This document shows positions 40,465 to 50,622 of a stretch of 64,000 nucleotides of DNA, piece by piece (within the stretch, counting starts at the first letter, position 1; each line of letters starts with the position of its first letter). The notes below the pieces were generated by a model. It was not told the DNA's origin, did no database searches, and worked only from the letters and a program-made list of their open reading frames with translations. Source of the DNA: Candidatus Helarchaeota archaeon (GTDB lineage: Archaea; Asgardarchaeota; Lokiarchaeia; Helarchaeales; RDOG01); NCBI GenBank assembly GCA_019058315.1, contig JAHPZH010000002.1, positions 1,101,910-1,165,909 of the forward strand, in the 5' to 3' direction. A program made the position numbers and the translations under genes.

Positions 40465-41862
40465 TTATTTTAATTCCATTTTTCTCATAATTAAATTTGA
40501 AATGAAATATAATATTCCCGCTATTGGAAATACTATACCAATTGCCAAAGTATTTTCTGCATTTTGTCCCATTAAGATTAAACCCAAAATTAAATCACCT
40601 AATGCATTTCCGATATTTACCACAAAAAGAAAAGATCCAAAATACGACCCAGATAACGTATTAGAATCCATTTTATCCTTAATTTCTTCTGGTGAATTAT
40701 CAACGAGCTCACTAATTGCAGGATTTGGTAAAATATATCCCACAACTAAACCAAATAATACTCCTGCTAGTAATACACGGGTAATCCACAATAGAATATC
40801 ATTTGGCATACTAATTAATAGGATTCCTGTTAAAATTAGTGAGACAGCAACAAACCATCTTGCATGTATAAAGGATTCTTTAATTCCTACACTATGGGCT
40901 CGCTTTGACCAAAAAATAAAACCTAGTACAGCAAATGCGACTAACGGAAGAATAAATAGTATAAATGCATTTCCTTTTAAATCTAAAACAAATGTAAAGA
41001 ATAATGTTAAGTTTTTAACTAATAATCGAACACCAATAGTCACAGTAAGCATACTAAATAAAAAATAATAATAATTTTTATCAGAAAAGGGTTTAAAAAT
41101 ATTCTTAAGAACCTTATTTATTGTCAAATTTTCACTTTGTTTCGTTCTTTCATCTATTTCGGTAAAAAAATCCTCATTAGTTGAAAAATATGCCATTAGC
41201 GTAAAAATTACTACAAAAATTGCAAAAATCAAACCAAGAATAGGAAGTGTTTCAATTAGAAATTGACGATCTATTGGATTATAAAAAATAGCATCTGGAG
41301 TTATAAGTCTGCTTTGTATAATTAATGGTAAAAATATTCCAATAACTGTTGCAAGTATACTAAATATACCAGTTAAAGAACCAATTTTAATTCGATTATC
41401 TGCCTCTTGGCTTTGTTCAGGTATCATCGATAAAAACGTGCTGCGTAGTAGTGAATAAAAAAGATAAAATATTAATATAAATCCCCATAGAAAAAAACTA
41501 ATGCCCCAATTTATCTCTCCAAATTGCTGAGCTAAAGGTGAATACCACATCATAATTAATGAAAAAATTAATAGAGGTAAACTCCAAATCAGAAAAGGTC
41601 TTCTTTTTCCTAGCTTTCCGGGGCGTTTTTTATCAACTAAATAGCCAAAAATAGGAGCAAAAAAAGCTAATACAACAACTCCCAAAGCAGTACCTATTGA
41701 GACTAAGAGTGCATTTAATCCGACTGCGTAAGTAAAAAAAATAAAAATATAAGCACTAATTAGAGTTATGGGAAGAATTTGACCTAAAACACCTGCTGTA
41801 AATCCATATAATTTTATACCTTTTAATGTTCTTAATTTCTCTTTATTATTTAAATCTGCCAA
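40465..41862 (-). CDS. MFS transporter, GPH/MelB-like
   Basis: About 12 TM; PIFGYLVDK..LGKRRPF. Confidence 0.85.
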   Translation of the reverse strand: MADLNNKEKLRTLKGIKLYGFTAGVLGQILPITLISAYIFIFFTYAVGLNALLVSIGTALGVVVLAFFAPIFGYLVDKKRPGKLGKRRPFLIWSLPLLIFSLIMMWYSPLAQQFGEINWGISFFLWGFILIFYLFYSLLRSTFLSMIPEQSQEADNRIKIGSLTGIFSILATVIGIFLPLIIQSRLITPDAIFYNPIDRQFLIETLPILGLIFAIFVVIFTLMAYFSTNEDFFTEIDERTKQSENLTINKVLKNIFKPFSDKNYYYFLFSMLTVTIGVRLLVKNLTLFFTFVLDLKGNAFILFILPLVAFAVLGFIFWSKRAHSVGIKESFIHARWFVAVSLILTGILLISMPNDILLWITRVLLAGVLFGLVVGYILPNPAISELVDNSPEEIKDKMDSNTLSGSYFGSFLFVVNIGNALGDLILGLILMGQNAENTLAIGIVFPIAGILYFISNLIMRKMELK

Positions 41863-42074
41863 AATTAATACCTAATTTAATTCAATTACATTATTTATTT
41901 GGATGAATTTAGGAATTAGATGAAATAAAAAGAATAAAAAAAATAATTTAAGTTTATCTAATTTTTTCACTTTTACATGGCTCTCTATTACTTTAATAAA
42001 AAAATCTTCTATTAGCATAATTGAATAATTTATCGACAAAATTTTTATAGAATATATTAAGGGAAATAGATTTT

Positions 42075-42533
42075 ATGTCAAAGAATGTGAATAGAAAATA
42101 TTATAATAGTCTCAAAGAATTTAATGGACAAACATATTCTGGAATGATAGTTGGTGGGAAGCATAGTTGGGATTACAATAATGGAATTTGGAATGAAACA
42201 AAAATTAAACCTAACAAGTGGAAATTCGAATTTATTTGTAATAAATATCGAAGAAACCCAGCCCCGCCGGGCACAGGAGTACCTAATAAAACAGAGTTCC
42301 ATTGGTACATCTTAGCAGATCAAAAAGTTGTAAAACTTGATGAAAATACGTATAAAACGGTAATGACGGGCTCAAAATATAAAATTGGCCATAAAAGACC
42401 TAATTGGAAGCATAATTGGAGTTATGATTATAAAAAGGAATCATATGAAGATAAATTAATTGAGATATTGGAAGAAATCCTAGAAAAATTAAAAGCAAAG
42501 AAAAAAAGAAAAGAATTAGCGAGCTTTTTTTAA
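42075..42533 (+). CDS. Conserved hypothetical protein
   Basis: YSGM.VG..H.W.Y..G.W.E, APPGTGVP..TEFHWYILA, HKR; resembles a widespread uncharacterised family (from recall). Confidence 0.7.
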   Translation: MSKNVNRKYYNSLKEFNGQTYSGMIVGGKHSWDYNNGIWNETKIKPNKWKFEFICNKYRRNPAPPGTGVPNKTEFHWYILADQKVVKLDENTYKTVMTGSKYKIGHKRPNWKHNWSYDYKKESYEDKLIEILEEILEKLKAKKKRKELASFF

Positions 42534-42668
42534 ATTAAGGAACTTAATCCTTTTTTTAGTTTTAAATACAAGAAACATCTGATAAATCTCTAATAAAATA
42601 TTTTGATTTTAGAAAAAGAATAATTTTATATTTAAGGTATTTCATTATCAAATAAGGTGACATAAATA

Positions 42669-42953
42669 ATGCCTCCAAATTGCCAAAAAATCACTTTACA
42701 TCTTGTTAGCGGTTCTACTATTTCTTTTTATACTAAATTAGAGAAAAAGGACGAATGGAAGACGAAATTATCAGAATGGTTTGAGCAAGATAATTCTAAA
42801 CCTATAACTATTCTTCAAATGTCTGTAGAATACATAGGAGATACCAATCTCTATAGATATAATGAAGGTCAAGTTCATCCAAAACATGTAGTGTTTTGGG
42901 TGATGAAACCTCAAGGGCTTCCTCCAGAAAAAGAAAAATTTATTGTGAATTAA
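42669..42953 (+). CDS. Hypothetical protein
   Basis: 94 aa ORF with AAGGTGA SD. Confidence 0.6.
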   Translation: MPPNCQKITLHLVSGSTISFYTKLEKKDEWKTKLSEWFEQDNSKPITILQMSVEYIGDTNLYRYNEGQVHPKHVVFWVMKPQGLPPEKEKFIVN

Positions 42954-42990
42954 TTCATTTCTTAATCCTTTTTTTTAAATGATCAAAACA

Positions 42991-43416
42991 TTAAAAAATA
43001 ACTTCTGCAAACCATCCCCGATCATCTTGTCCACAGATTTTAAATCCAAATTTTTCATGCAAATTTTTAGAATGCTCATTTACAAATTGGAAATGAGATC
43101 TTATTCTTTTATATCCATCTGCTTTTACTTGGTTTACAAATTTTTCCATTAATTGAGAACCAATATGTCTACCTCGATATTTTTCGTTTATAGCTACTTG
43201 GTAGAGCCAAAATTCTCCTTTCACAGATGTATTTGGAAAACCAACTATATAACCAATAATTTCTGAATTATCTAGATAAACGAAAAATGTTCTTTGAAAA
43301 CAGCGAGCTAAAAATTCATATGTTCCATTAACACTCGCTCTAAGTAAAGGAGCGCAATTTTCTGCCACCTTAGTTACAGCAAATTTATCTTTAACTTGAA
43401 CATTCCGAATTGGCAT
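42991..43416 (-). CDS. GNAT family N-acetyltransferase
   Basis: QVAINEKYRGRHIG acetyl-CoA motif A, N..S..LHEKFGF. Confidence 0.88.
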   Translation of the reverse strand: MPIRNVQVKDKFAVTKVAENCAPLLRASVNGTYEFLARCFQRTFFVYLDNSEIIGYIVGFPNTSVKGEFWLYQVAINEKYRGRHIGSQLMEKFVNQVKADGYKRIRSHFQFVNEHSKNLHEKFGFKICGQDDRGWFAEVIF

Positions 43417-43530
43417 GTAAATTTCATCCTCTTAAGCGTATTTTGTTAACTTATCTTTAAATTTATAATTATTTTATGAATTTTATAAATTTTAATCATA
43501 TTTTTATCAAGTTTCAATTTTAATAAAAAA

Positions 43531-43555
43531 TGCCAATATAAATTTCAAATTGGCA
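43531..43555. promoter_or_regulatory. Inverted repeat, possible operator
   Basis: TGCCAAT-N11-ATTGGCA in the divergent GNAT/mvhG-like intergenic region. Confidence 0.3.
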
Positions 43556-43766
43556 ATAAAGCCCTAATTTAAATTTCATAATCTCCAAAATCTATCAAAC
43601 TAAGTTTCAACTTTTAGAGCTCGTATTATTAAATAGCCCTTAAACTGCCGAATTATTTTTATTAACAAAAATCTTACTGAATTTCATCTAGATTAATTCA
43701 ATATTTCTTATATATATTAAAAAAATTAATCAGAATCGTATATTTTGAAATGTATGGTGAAAAAAA

Positions 43767-45188
43767 ATGGCTATTAAAATAGCATTTGTTCAATTAGGCA
43801 GTTGCTGGGGTTGTCATCAATCCTTAGTAGACTTGCACGAAGAACTCTTGGACATCCTACCAGCCCTAGAGATAGTCTATTGGGCTGCAGTAGTTGATAC
43901 AAAAGATAAGCAGCTCGAAGGTATGCCTGATGGCTCTGTTGATGTAGTATTAGTGGAAGGACAGGTTCGAACTGAGCATGACGTTCATCTACTTAAAGTT
44001 GCCCGAAAGAAAGGCAAAGTACTAATTATGCATGGATCATGTGCATGCTATGGTTCAGTTGCAGGACTTGCAAATATGTATCCTATTGAAGATTGTACGA
44101 AGCGAAAATATGTAACAGCAGACTCTGTAATAGATAATTATGCAATTCCCAGTGTAAATGTACCCAAATTTCTTGATAAGGTAACCGCCAATCCAGATAT
44201 AGTTAAAATTGATGCTTGGATGCCAGGTTGCCCTCCTAGACCTCATAATTATAAAAGTGCTGTATATTTCTTGGCGACATATTTTGGTGCTGAAAAATAT
44301 CCGGGCACAAATGTCTGTGAAGTCTGTGATATGAGGGGAGCTGATTGCTTAATAAAAAAAGGCAAATTATGTTTCGGTCCCATAACCGCAGCAGCTCCAG
44401 GTGTCAGGTGGCCAAAAGGAAATAAACCTGTTATGGGTGAATGGGGAATTTCTGATAAACCTGCAGATCCAGAAGCAGTTGATCTCGCTAAATTAGCTAT
44501 CAGTGTTCCTAAGCTGGCCGATAAACACATAGCACAAATAATTGAATTTGCAACTATAGCACTCAAATTACCTAACTTTGGTCATGTTCATATAGATGCA
44601 AATGTTCTAGAAATCGCTGGTCTTAGAAAACTTGCACTCCCAACAAAAGATGTATTGGGTGCAAAGGCTGTTGATTTAACAGCAGTTGCAACGGCAGATC
44701 CTCCAATATTAGGACCTCTTGCAATTAGTATTCTCACTAGCATACCAGAATTAACAAGAGATATCATTGGTGTTGCTTTACTAAAACTAGCACAGGATGA
44801 AAGATATGATGCAGGACAATCAAGTGTCTGTGATCAATGTGATAGAAAAAGTCCAGATATGGCAATTACTGGATATAAACGTGATTTTGAGGGAAAAATG
44901 GATCCAAACGTATGCTTTTTAAATCAAGGATACATGTGTATGGGTTTCCTTGCAAATAATGGATGTGGGGCGATTTGTCCTAATAATGCAAACATGGTTT
45001 GTTCCGGTTGCTTCGGCCTGTTACAGGAAGTAATTGATAATCCAGAAAAACTTCAAGCGAAAGTTTCTGAACTTTGTAAAAAAGGCGGAGTTTCAGCTGA
45101 AGATTTGATGAAAAAGATAAAAGATCCAGCTGGGCTTATATTCAGATATACGTATGCCCGAGCTAAAAAACCAGATAATATTAAATAG
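43767..45188 (+). CDS. MvhG-like NiFe-hydrogenase small subunit homolog with extra Fe-S module
   Basis: GSCWGC, VEGQVRT, GSCACYG, PGCPP proximal ligands; two C-terminal CxxC..C..C modules; GGTGA SD. Confidence 0.85.
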   Translation: MAIKIAFVQLGSCWGCHQSLVDLHEELLDILPALEIVYWAAVVDTKDKQLEGMPDGSVDVVLVEGQVRTEHDVHLLKVARKKGKVLIMHGSCACYGSVAGLANMYPIEDCTKRKYVTADSVIDNYAIPSVNVPKFLDKVTANPDIVKIDAWMPGCPPRPHNYKSAVYFLATYFGAEKYPGTNVCEVCDMRGADCLIKKGKLCFGPITAAAPGVRWPKGNKPVMGEWGISDKPADPEAVDLAKLAISVPKLADKHIAQIIEFATIALKLPNFGHVHIDANVLEIAGLRKLALPTKDVLGAKAVDLTAVATADPPILGPLAISILTSIPELTRDIIGVALLKLAQDERYDAGQSSVCDQCDRKSPDMAITGYKRDFEGKMDPNVCFLNQGYMCMGFLANNGCGAICPNNANMVCSGCFGLLQEVIDNPEKLQAKVSELCKKGGVSAEDLMKKIKDPAGLIFRYTYARAKKPDNIK

Positions 45189-45197
45189 GTGAAAAAG

Positions 45198-45713
45198 ATG
45201 CAAGATGTTGTTTTTAGAAGAAAAGTTTTAGATGTTGTTGCTGCAACTCAATTAAGAATGTGTGTACAATGTAGCCGCTGCGTTGATAACTGTCCTGTCG
45301 CTATTGAAGTCGGTGATGATAAATACAATCCAAGAAAATTAATTATGGAATCTTTCTTAGGGATGAAAAGCTTTATTTTTGGACAACCGGCTCCAGCTGA
45401 AGGATTTCCAGAGAATTTTAACCTTTGGGGATGCACTGTGTGTGATAAATGCGATGAACAATGCCCAAATAACATTCCCTTAACTGAAGTATTTTATATA
45501 CTTAAAAATATAAGTACAGAGCTCGGACAAGCACCAGAATTCTACTATACACAAGCAAAGACAATTGCGGAAAACGGTAAAGCAATCCCTATAATGGATG
45601 CTATAAAAAGAAGACGTTCATCTATGGGTTTAGCAGAGGAACTTCCAGCAGTTAATATGAATGAAATAAATACAATTTTGGAGGCAACCGAATTAAAAAA
45701 GGTGCTAAAGTGA
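45198..45713 (+). CDS. hdrC: Heterodisulfide reductase subunit C-like
   Basis: CVQCSRCVDNCP and WGCTVCDKCDEQCP (2x4Fe-4S), YNPRKL. Confidence 0.88.
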   Translation: MQDVVFRRKVLDVVAATQLRMCVQCSRCVDNCPVAIEVGDDKYNPRKLIMESFLGMKSFIFGQPAPAEGFPENFNLWGCTVCDKCDEQCPNNIPLTEVFYILKNISTELGQAPEFYYTQAKTIAENGKAIPIMDAIKRRRSSMGLAEELPAVNMNEINTILEATELKKVLK

Positions 45714-45723
45714 GGTTTTTATC

Positions 45724-46563
45724 ATGGCAGATATGAAATTATTCCTAGGTTGTGTAATTCCTAACAGATTACCATTCATCGAAGCAACTTCCAGAAAAGT
45801 ATTTGATAAATTAGGTGTTGAAACTTCTGATGCGGCTTTCTCATGCTGTCCAGAACCTATTGGTTTTCAATCAGTATGCAAGGAAAGCTGGTTAGCAATG
45901 GGAGCAAGAAACCTTTGTTTAGCAGAAGCTGAAGGGAAAGATATTGTGAGTCTATGCAATGGATGTGCACAAACTCTTAAGGCAACTAAACACGAATTAG
46001 ACCACGATGATGATAAGAAAGCTGAAATAAATGCAATTCTTTCAAAAGTAAATAAAGAATACAAAGGAACCTCAAGTGTTAAACATTTTATTCAAGTACT
46101 AATGGAAAATGTCGGTGTCGACAAAATTAAAGGCGCAGTTACGAATCAGATGAGCAAATTAAAAGTAGCTTGTCACACAGGTTGTCATTATTCCAGACCT
46201 TCTGAAATCATGCAATACGATGATCCTCTAAAACCAAAATTCTTAAGGAAACTTGTTGCCGCAACTGGTGCACAAGTTGTAGATTATGAAGGCGAAGAAA
46301 TTTGTTGTGGTAATGGAGCTGGAAATACTTCCAACGATGTAGGAGATGCATTAGCTAAAAATAAACTAAATAATGCAAAAGCCGGTGGAGCAAACTGTAT
46401 TGTAGTTTGTTGTCCTGCTTGTTTCCAGCAATTAGATTCGCAGAGAGATTTGCCTATAATTTACTTAACTGAACTCATAGCACTTTCTATGGGCATGAGC
46501 TACGACGACTTAAACATGAAATTTCATCAAGAAAAAAAGAATACAAAGGAACTTTTAGTTTAA
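45724..46563 (+). CDS. hdrB: Heterodisulfide reductase subunit B
   Basis: FLGC, FSCCP, LCNGC, HTGCH..RP, ICCG, CPACF: two CCG domains. Confidence 0.92.
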   Translation: MADMKLFLGCVIPNRLPFIEATSRKVFDKLGVETSDAAFSCCPEPIGFQSVCKESWLAMGARNLCLAEAEGKDIVSLCNGCAQTLKATKHELDHDDDKKAEINAILSKVNKEYKGTSSVKHFIQVLMENVGVDKIKGAVTNQMSKLKVACHTGCHYSRPSEIMQYDDPLKPKFLRKLVAATGAQVVDYEGEEICCGNGAGNTSNDVGDALAKNKLNNAKAGGANCIVVCCPACFQQLDSQRDLPIIYLTELIALSMGMSYDDLNMKFHQEKKNTKELLV

Positions 46564-46568
46564 ACCCT

Positions 46569-46605
46569 ATTTTTATTTTTTCTTATTTATTTTATTTTGG
46601 TTTTA
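46569..46605 (+). terminator. T-rich archaeal terminator-like tract
   Basis: Long oligo-T runs directly after the hdrB stop. Confidence 0.45.
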
Positions 46606-46770
46606 TCTAATATTCAGAAATGAATATTTTAACCACTCTAGTAAGATTTATTCTGATCTGGTAACTGTGTAGTAATTTTAAATTAAATTTTTTCATTTTT
46701 TTAATTAATTATCTGAATTATACTTGAAAATTTAATGACTTAGCAAAAAAAAGAAAATAAATGAAAGAAC

Positions 46771-48855
46771 TTACCATGATGAAAATATTAGCGCCGATAC
46801 TATGGAATCGTATATTTTTATGGTATGATCAGATGTATTTGAACCATAACACGAAATCGAGGTAAACGAGGATAATTGAGCAGTTACTCTCGAAGAACCT
46901 TGAACAGTTAATGAGTTTATTGTTGAGTTTCTAATAGTTCCTATACTTGCTCCCATAAATAATATTGTATCGATTTGAGAGTTCGTATCAATAGTCGCAT
47001 TAGATTTATCAAGGAAAAACGCGAATCCTGTTATACCAATCGTAGAACTGTTATATAGAATAACCTTTGAGTTGTTATATGTATTCAATGTAGTAAAACT
47101 TGCATTATCCAATGTAGCACTAGCATTATCGACCAACAAGATGGCAAGTCCCAAAGTAGGAAGGTCATTAATGTTGATATTTGCTGTATTATTTACTTCT
47201 AGATAAAGTATTGAACTTGAACCAATCGGAGAATTAATAATTGTGGTATAGTTCACGTAATTTCCCGGTCCGCTTAACCCATTTTCATTGTATAAAATGG
47301 TTCCTGAATAAATCACATACCCTTCTGCAAGAGATGTGATGGAACAATTTTCAATCGAAGCAACTGCAGATCCACTAATTCCCAAAATGTATATACTACA
47401 ATTTACAATTTTTACGTTACCAGTTGGAAGACCTATTTTCGGAGAAGTAACCGTTAAAGATTGAATAATTGTACTGAAATTTAATGAGACTGTATTTGTC
47501 GTACTTATCGATACGATTGGCATAAAACTATTATTCATGGCTATTAGCGAAGAATTCATCGAAATAGAAATTATATTTTTTGCGGAACAATTATTAAAAG
47601 TTACTTTTGAATTTTCAGCTGCCTGAATAGAAGGTGTCACAACTGTAGATATAATATTCCCTGATACAGTCGAATTTCTGATCAATGCTTGAGAATTACC
47701 ATAAGAATTTAGTGAAGTTATATTTGAATTCATAACCGACAACTGAGAATTGTCAGAAATCGTTGTAGTTGCAGTTCCAATCCCCATTGCTAAATTCGAA
47801 ACATTTACATTGTTTATTTGAGCAGATGCAGTATCATATAAATTAAGGACCAGAGAAGACATTGTAGACCATCCATTAATATAAACTATTGCAGAATTAT
47901 TTGCCACTACACTTACAAGGTTTGAAGCAGGAAGAGGCATGTTTATAATTCTGGTATTATTTTCATAAGTACCTGGTGCTGGAAGGAGACCATTATTAAT
48001 ATTAGTTGTACCTTGATAACAAATTATACCATAAGCTAATGTGCTTACAGAAGAACCATTTAAAGTTAACCGTGCAATTCCTGAAACTATTGCTATTGTA
48101 ACCATTGAATTATATACAATCGCACTTGAACCTTCTGATATACCAAGTGCAAGTATAGTCGAATTTATAATCTTTGCCGGTAAAGGCGGTCCAGATAGTC
48201 CGATTGTTTTATAAGGACATGCCATATTTATACTATTAATACTGGCATTGTTAATGTAAAGGGTTGAGTTTCTCATTAGCATAAGGTATGTTACAGTCGA
48301 ATTTGGTAAGATCTCTATTTCACTCGAACCCAGAAAAGAAATTGTTCCACTTAATGCCAGATCTGTTATTTGTTGAACAATAGAGTTTTTAACTTGGACT
48401 TTCGAATTATCTGCAAGTGCGACTTGATTTATTGTAGAATTTTCAATTACTAATTCTGAATTATTATGTAAGAAGATAGTTAACATAGGGGCGTTTATAT
48501 TTCTCATAGTAAGTTTTGCATCATTATAAATATGGATAGAACTTAAACTAGTTGATGTGCTTGTACAATTTTCAAGTTTCGTCGAATTTAATACACTAAT
48601 TCCATTTATTTTGCCTGCAGTGATAGTTAAATCGTCTTCGATGATATTATTTCCGCTATCTATTAGTATACCGTAATTATTTGAATCTATTGTTGTATTC
48701 CTGCCATAAATAGGAGTTATCGTTTTTCCTGCACTTGGTGGTGGGAGTATCAAGAAACCTCCAGGAGATGGTCCGATAAAAATTAATGCAACAAATACTA
48801 TACTGATGATAGCTATTATTGAAACAGTTGTTACAATTTTACCATTTTTTTCCAT
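46771..48855 (-). CDS. Membrane-anchored beta-helix/solenoid surface protein
   Basis: N-terminal TM, then S/T/N/I-rich ~10-residue turns (..ENSTINQV..KNSIVQQI..). Confidence 0.7.
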   Translation of the reverse strand: MEKNGKIVTTVSIIAIISIVFVALIFIGPSPGGFLILPPPSAGKTITPIYGRNTTIDSNNYGILIDSGNNIIEDDLTITAGKINGISVLNSTKLENCTSTSTSLSSIHIYNDAKLTMRNINAPMLTIFLHNNSELVIENSTINQVALADNSKVQVKNSIVQQITDLALSGTISFLGSSEIEILPNSTVTYLMLMRNSTLYINNASINSINMACPYKTIGLSGPPLPAKIINSTILALGISEGSSAIVYNSMVTIAIVSGIARLTLNGSSVSTLAYGIICYQGTTNINNGLLPAPGTYENNTRIINMPLPASNLVSVVANNSAIVYINGWSTMSSLVLNLYDTASAQINNVNVSNLAMGIGTATTTISDNSQLSVMNSNITSLNSYGNSQALIRNSTVSGNIISTVVTPSIQAAENSKVTFNNCSAKNIISISMNSSLIAMNNSFMPIVSISTTNTVSLNFSTIIQSLTVTSPKIGLPTGNVKIVNCSIYILGISGSAVASIENCSITSLAEGYVIYSGTILYNENGLSGPGNYVNYTTIINSPIGSSSILYLEVNNTANININDLPTLGLAILLVDNASATLDNASFTTLNTYNNSKVILYNSSTIGITGFAFFLDKSNATIDTNSQIDTILFMGASIGTIRNSTINSLTVQGSSRVTAQLSSFTSISCYGSNTSDHTIKIYDSIVSALIFSSW

Positions 48856-49164
48856 GAATTATCACCGATATTCTCTAAAAATTTTTATTAAGGGTCTTAA
48901 AAAATTCATATTTTTGAATTTTTTGATTCATCCTCTACCCATTAAGGGGTGTTTTAATACGAAGATGTTCTTCTTTAAAAAATATTGTTGTATTAAAATC
49001 TGTCTAATAATTTAAATTAAAAATATGGAATTTAATTTAAATTGAATAGTCTAAGGCGTTAAAGCTAATATCTTGATTTATTGAAAGAACGAGATCAATC
49101 TAATAGTTCGAATATATAAGAAAATTGAAAAAATTTTGATTATTTTAAATAATTCACTTATTTA

Positions 49165-50532
49165 TTAATGCAATTGTTTTAATTTTTCTTTCATTTCTCT
49201 TGTTTTTTCAAGATTTAAAGGATATATCGACAAAAATATAAGCCCTAGAATCATTGCAATTGCTGGAAATAAGCCCATTATCATTCGAATACCCCATATT
49301 GCTGAAGTGCTTTGTGGGATGTTTATAATCTTACCAAATGGATCAATTAAATCCGGGATAAAACCAGTTGTAGCTAATGTAATAGCTATCACAGCTTGTG
49401 CCACTCCAATAGCTGGTTTTGTAAATAATGCATTAGTTCCAAAATACATTGCTTCTCTCCTTTGGTTTGTTCTTAATTCATCCCAATCCGTACATTCTGC
49501 AATCATCACATTTGAGAAAATTAAAGGACCAGCTAATCCGAATCCGCATATTGCAAGTATAATGAATGAAAATATATAGTCCGAACCTAAAATGAATAGC
49601 AGGAATAATCCAACTATGATGAATAATGCACTATAAATTACGGTAGCTTTTACTCCAATTTTTTTAGATACATTAACCCAAATAAAAAAACCTGGTAAAA
49701 GTGTTATGAATAAAGCGACAAATAATAGCATTGCCCCTAATGAAGAAGTCTGTAGGACATGTGTTGCGTAAAAAATAACATTCGCTACTATTATAGAACT
49801 CATAAATTGTTGCATAAAATTCCATCCGACAAAAGCCATAAACGGTCTATTTTTAATACTTTCAATTAAAGCTTTACCTAAACCCATAGATTCTTCTTCC
49901 TCATATAAACCTCTTTCTCGAATCAACAATGATGGTATTAAAAGGACAATCATTGAAATTGCACTACTAATAATAATGAATAAAAAGAACATAAACAGGT
50001 TATTTTTGAATAATAATGGAAATATGAAAGAGGCTGCAATGCCGACTATTGAAAAAACTTGACTAATCATACTAATTTTCGTCCTTTCTGTCGTTAATGT
50101 AGTTAATTCAGGCATTAAGGCGTTATAACAGCCAGCAACCATAGTATAGCAAGTGTCAAACAAGAGTAGGAAGAAAGTAAACCAAATCGCAAGACCGATT
50201 TGATCCACAGATAAATATGGAAAGAATAGAAATATCGTGGAAATCATCCATATCGGAGTAAAAATTCTGATAAAGGGTATTCGTCTCCCCCATTTAGTTC
50301 TTGTTCTATCTGAGATCCAACCAAAAATTGGATCATTTAACGCATTCCAAATATTATAAAAAACTAGCATTATGATTGAATAAGTATAATTATCTAATTT
50401 CATAATATTGAGCCAAAACCATGCGGTTACTGCCGCTTGTATTCCATTAAACATTTGTGTGCCAACATATCCCATTCCATAAATTATTTTTTTTCCAGTG
50501 CTAATCTCAACAGCCATAGTCCCTTCTAACAT
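49165..50532 (-). CDS. MFS transporter, GPH family sugar:cation symporter
   Basis: WNALNDPIFGWISDRTRTKWGRRIPF, DWDELRTNQRREAMYFG. Confidence 0.92.
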   Translation of the reverse strand: MLEGTMAVEISTGKKIIYGMGYVGTQMFNGIQAAVTAWFWLNIMKLDNYTYSIIMLVFYNIWNALNDPIFGWISDRTRTKWGRRIPFIRIFTPIWMISTIFLFFPYLSVDQIGLAIWFTFFLLLFDTCYTMVAGCYNALMPELTTLTTERTKISMISQVFSIVGIAASFIFPLLFKNNLFMFFLFIIISSAISMIVLLIPSLLIRERGLYEEEESMGLGKALIESIKNRPFMAFVGWNFMQQFMSSIIVANVIFYATHVLQTSSLGAMLLFVALFITLLPGFFIWVNVSKKIGVKATVIYSALFIIVGLFLLFILGSDYIFSFIILAICGFGLAGPLIFSNVMIAECTDWDELRTNQRREAMYFGTNALFTKPAIGVAQAVIAITLATTGFIPDLIDPFGKIINIPQSTSAIWGIRMIMGLFPAIAMILGLIFLSIYPLNLEKTREMKEKLKQLH

Positions 50533-50622
50533 TTTAATTAGCTCATTAATTAATATTCAAATGATGAAAAAAGATAATTAAAAACTAAGTTTAATCAATT
50601 ATAAAAAGGAGATCTTCAGTAT

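Noticed and set aside
46609-46660. Hairpin AATATTCA-GAAA-TGAATATT and ATGA...TGA after hdrB as a possible SECIS or C/D sRNA
   Set aside because: No in-frame TGA in the operon needs recoding (readthrough of the hdrC TGA does not join hdrB), the stem is AT-only, and there is no proper C box
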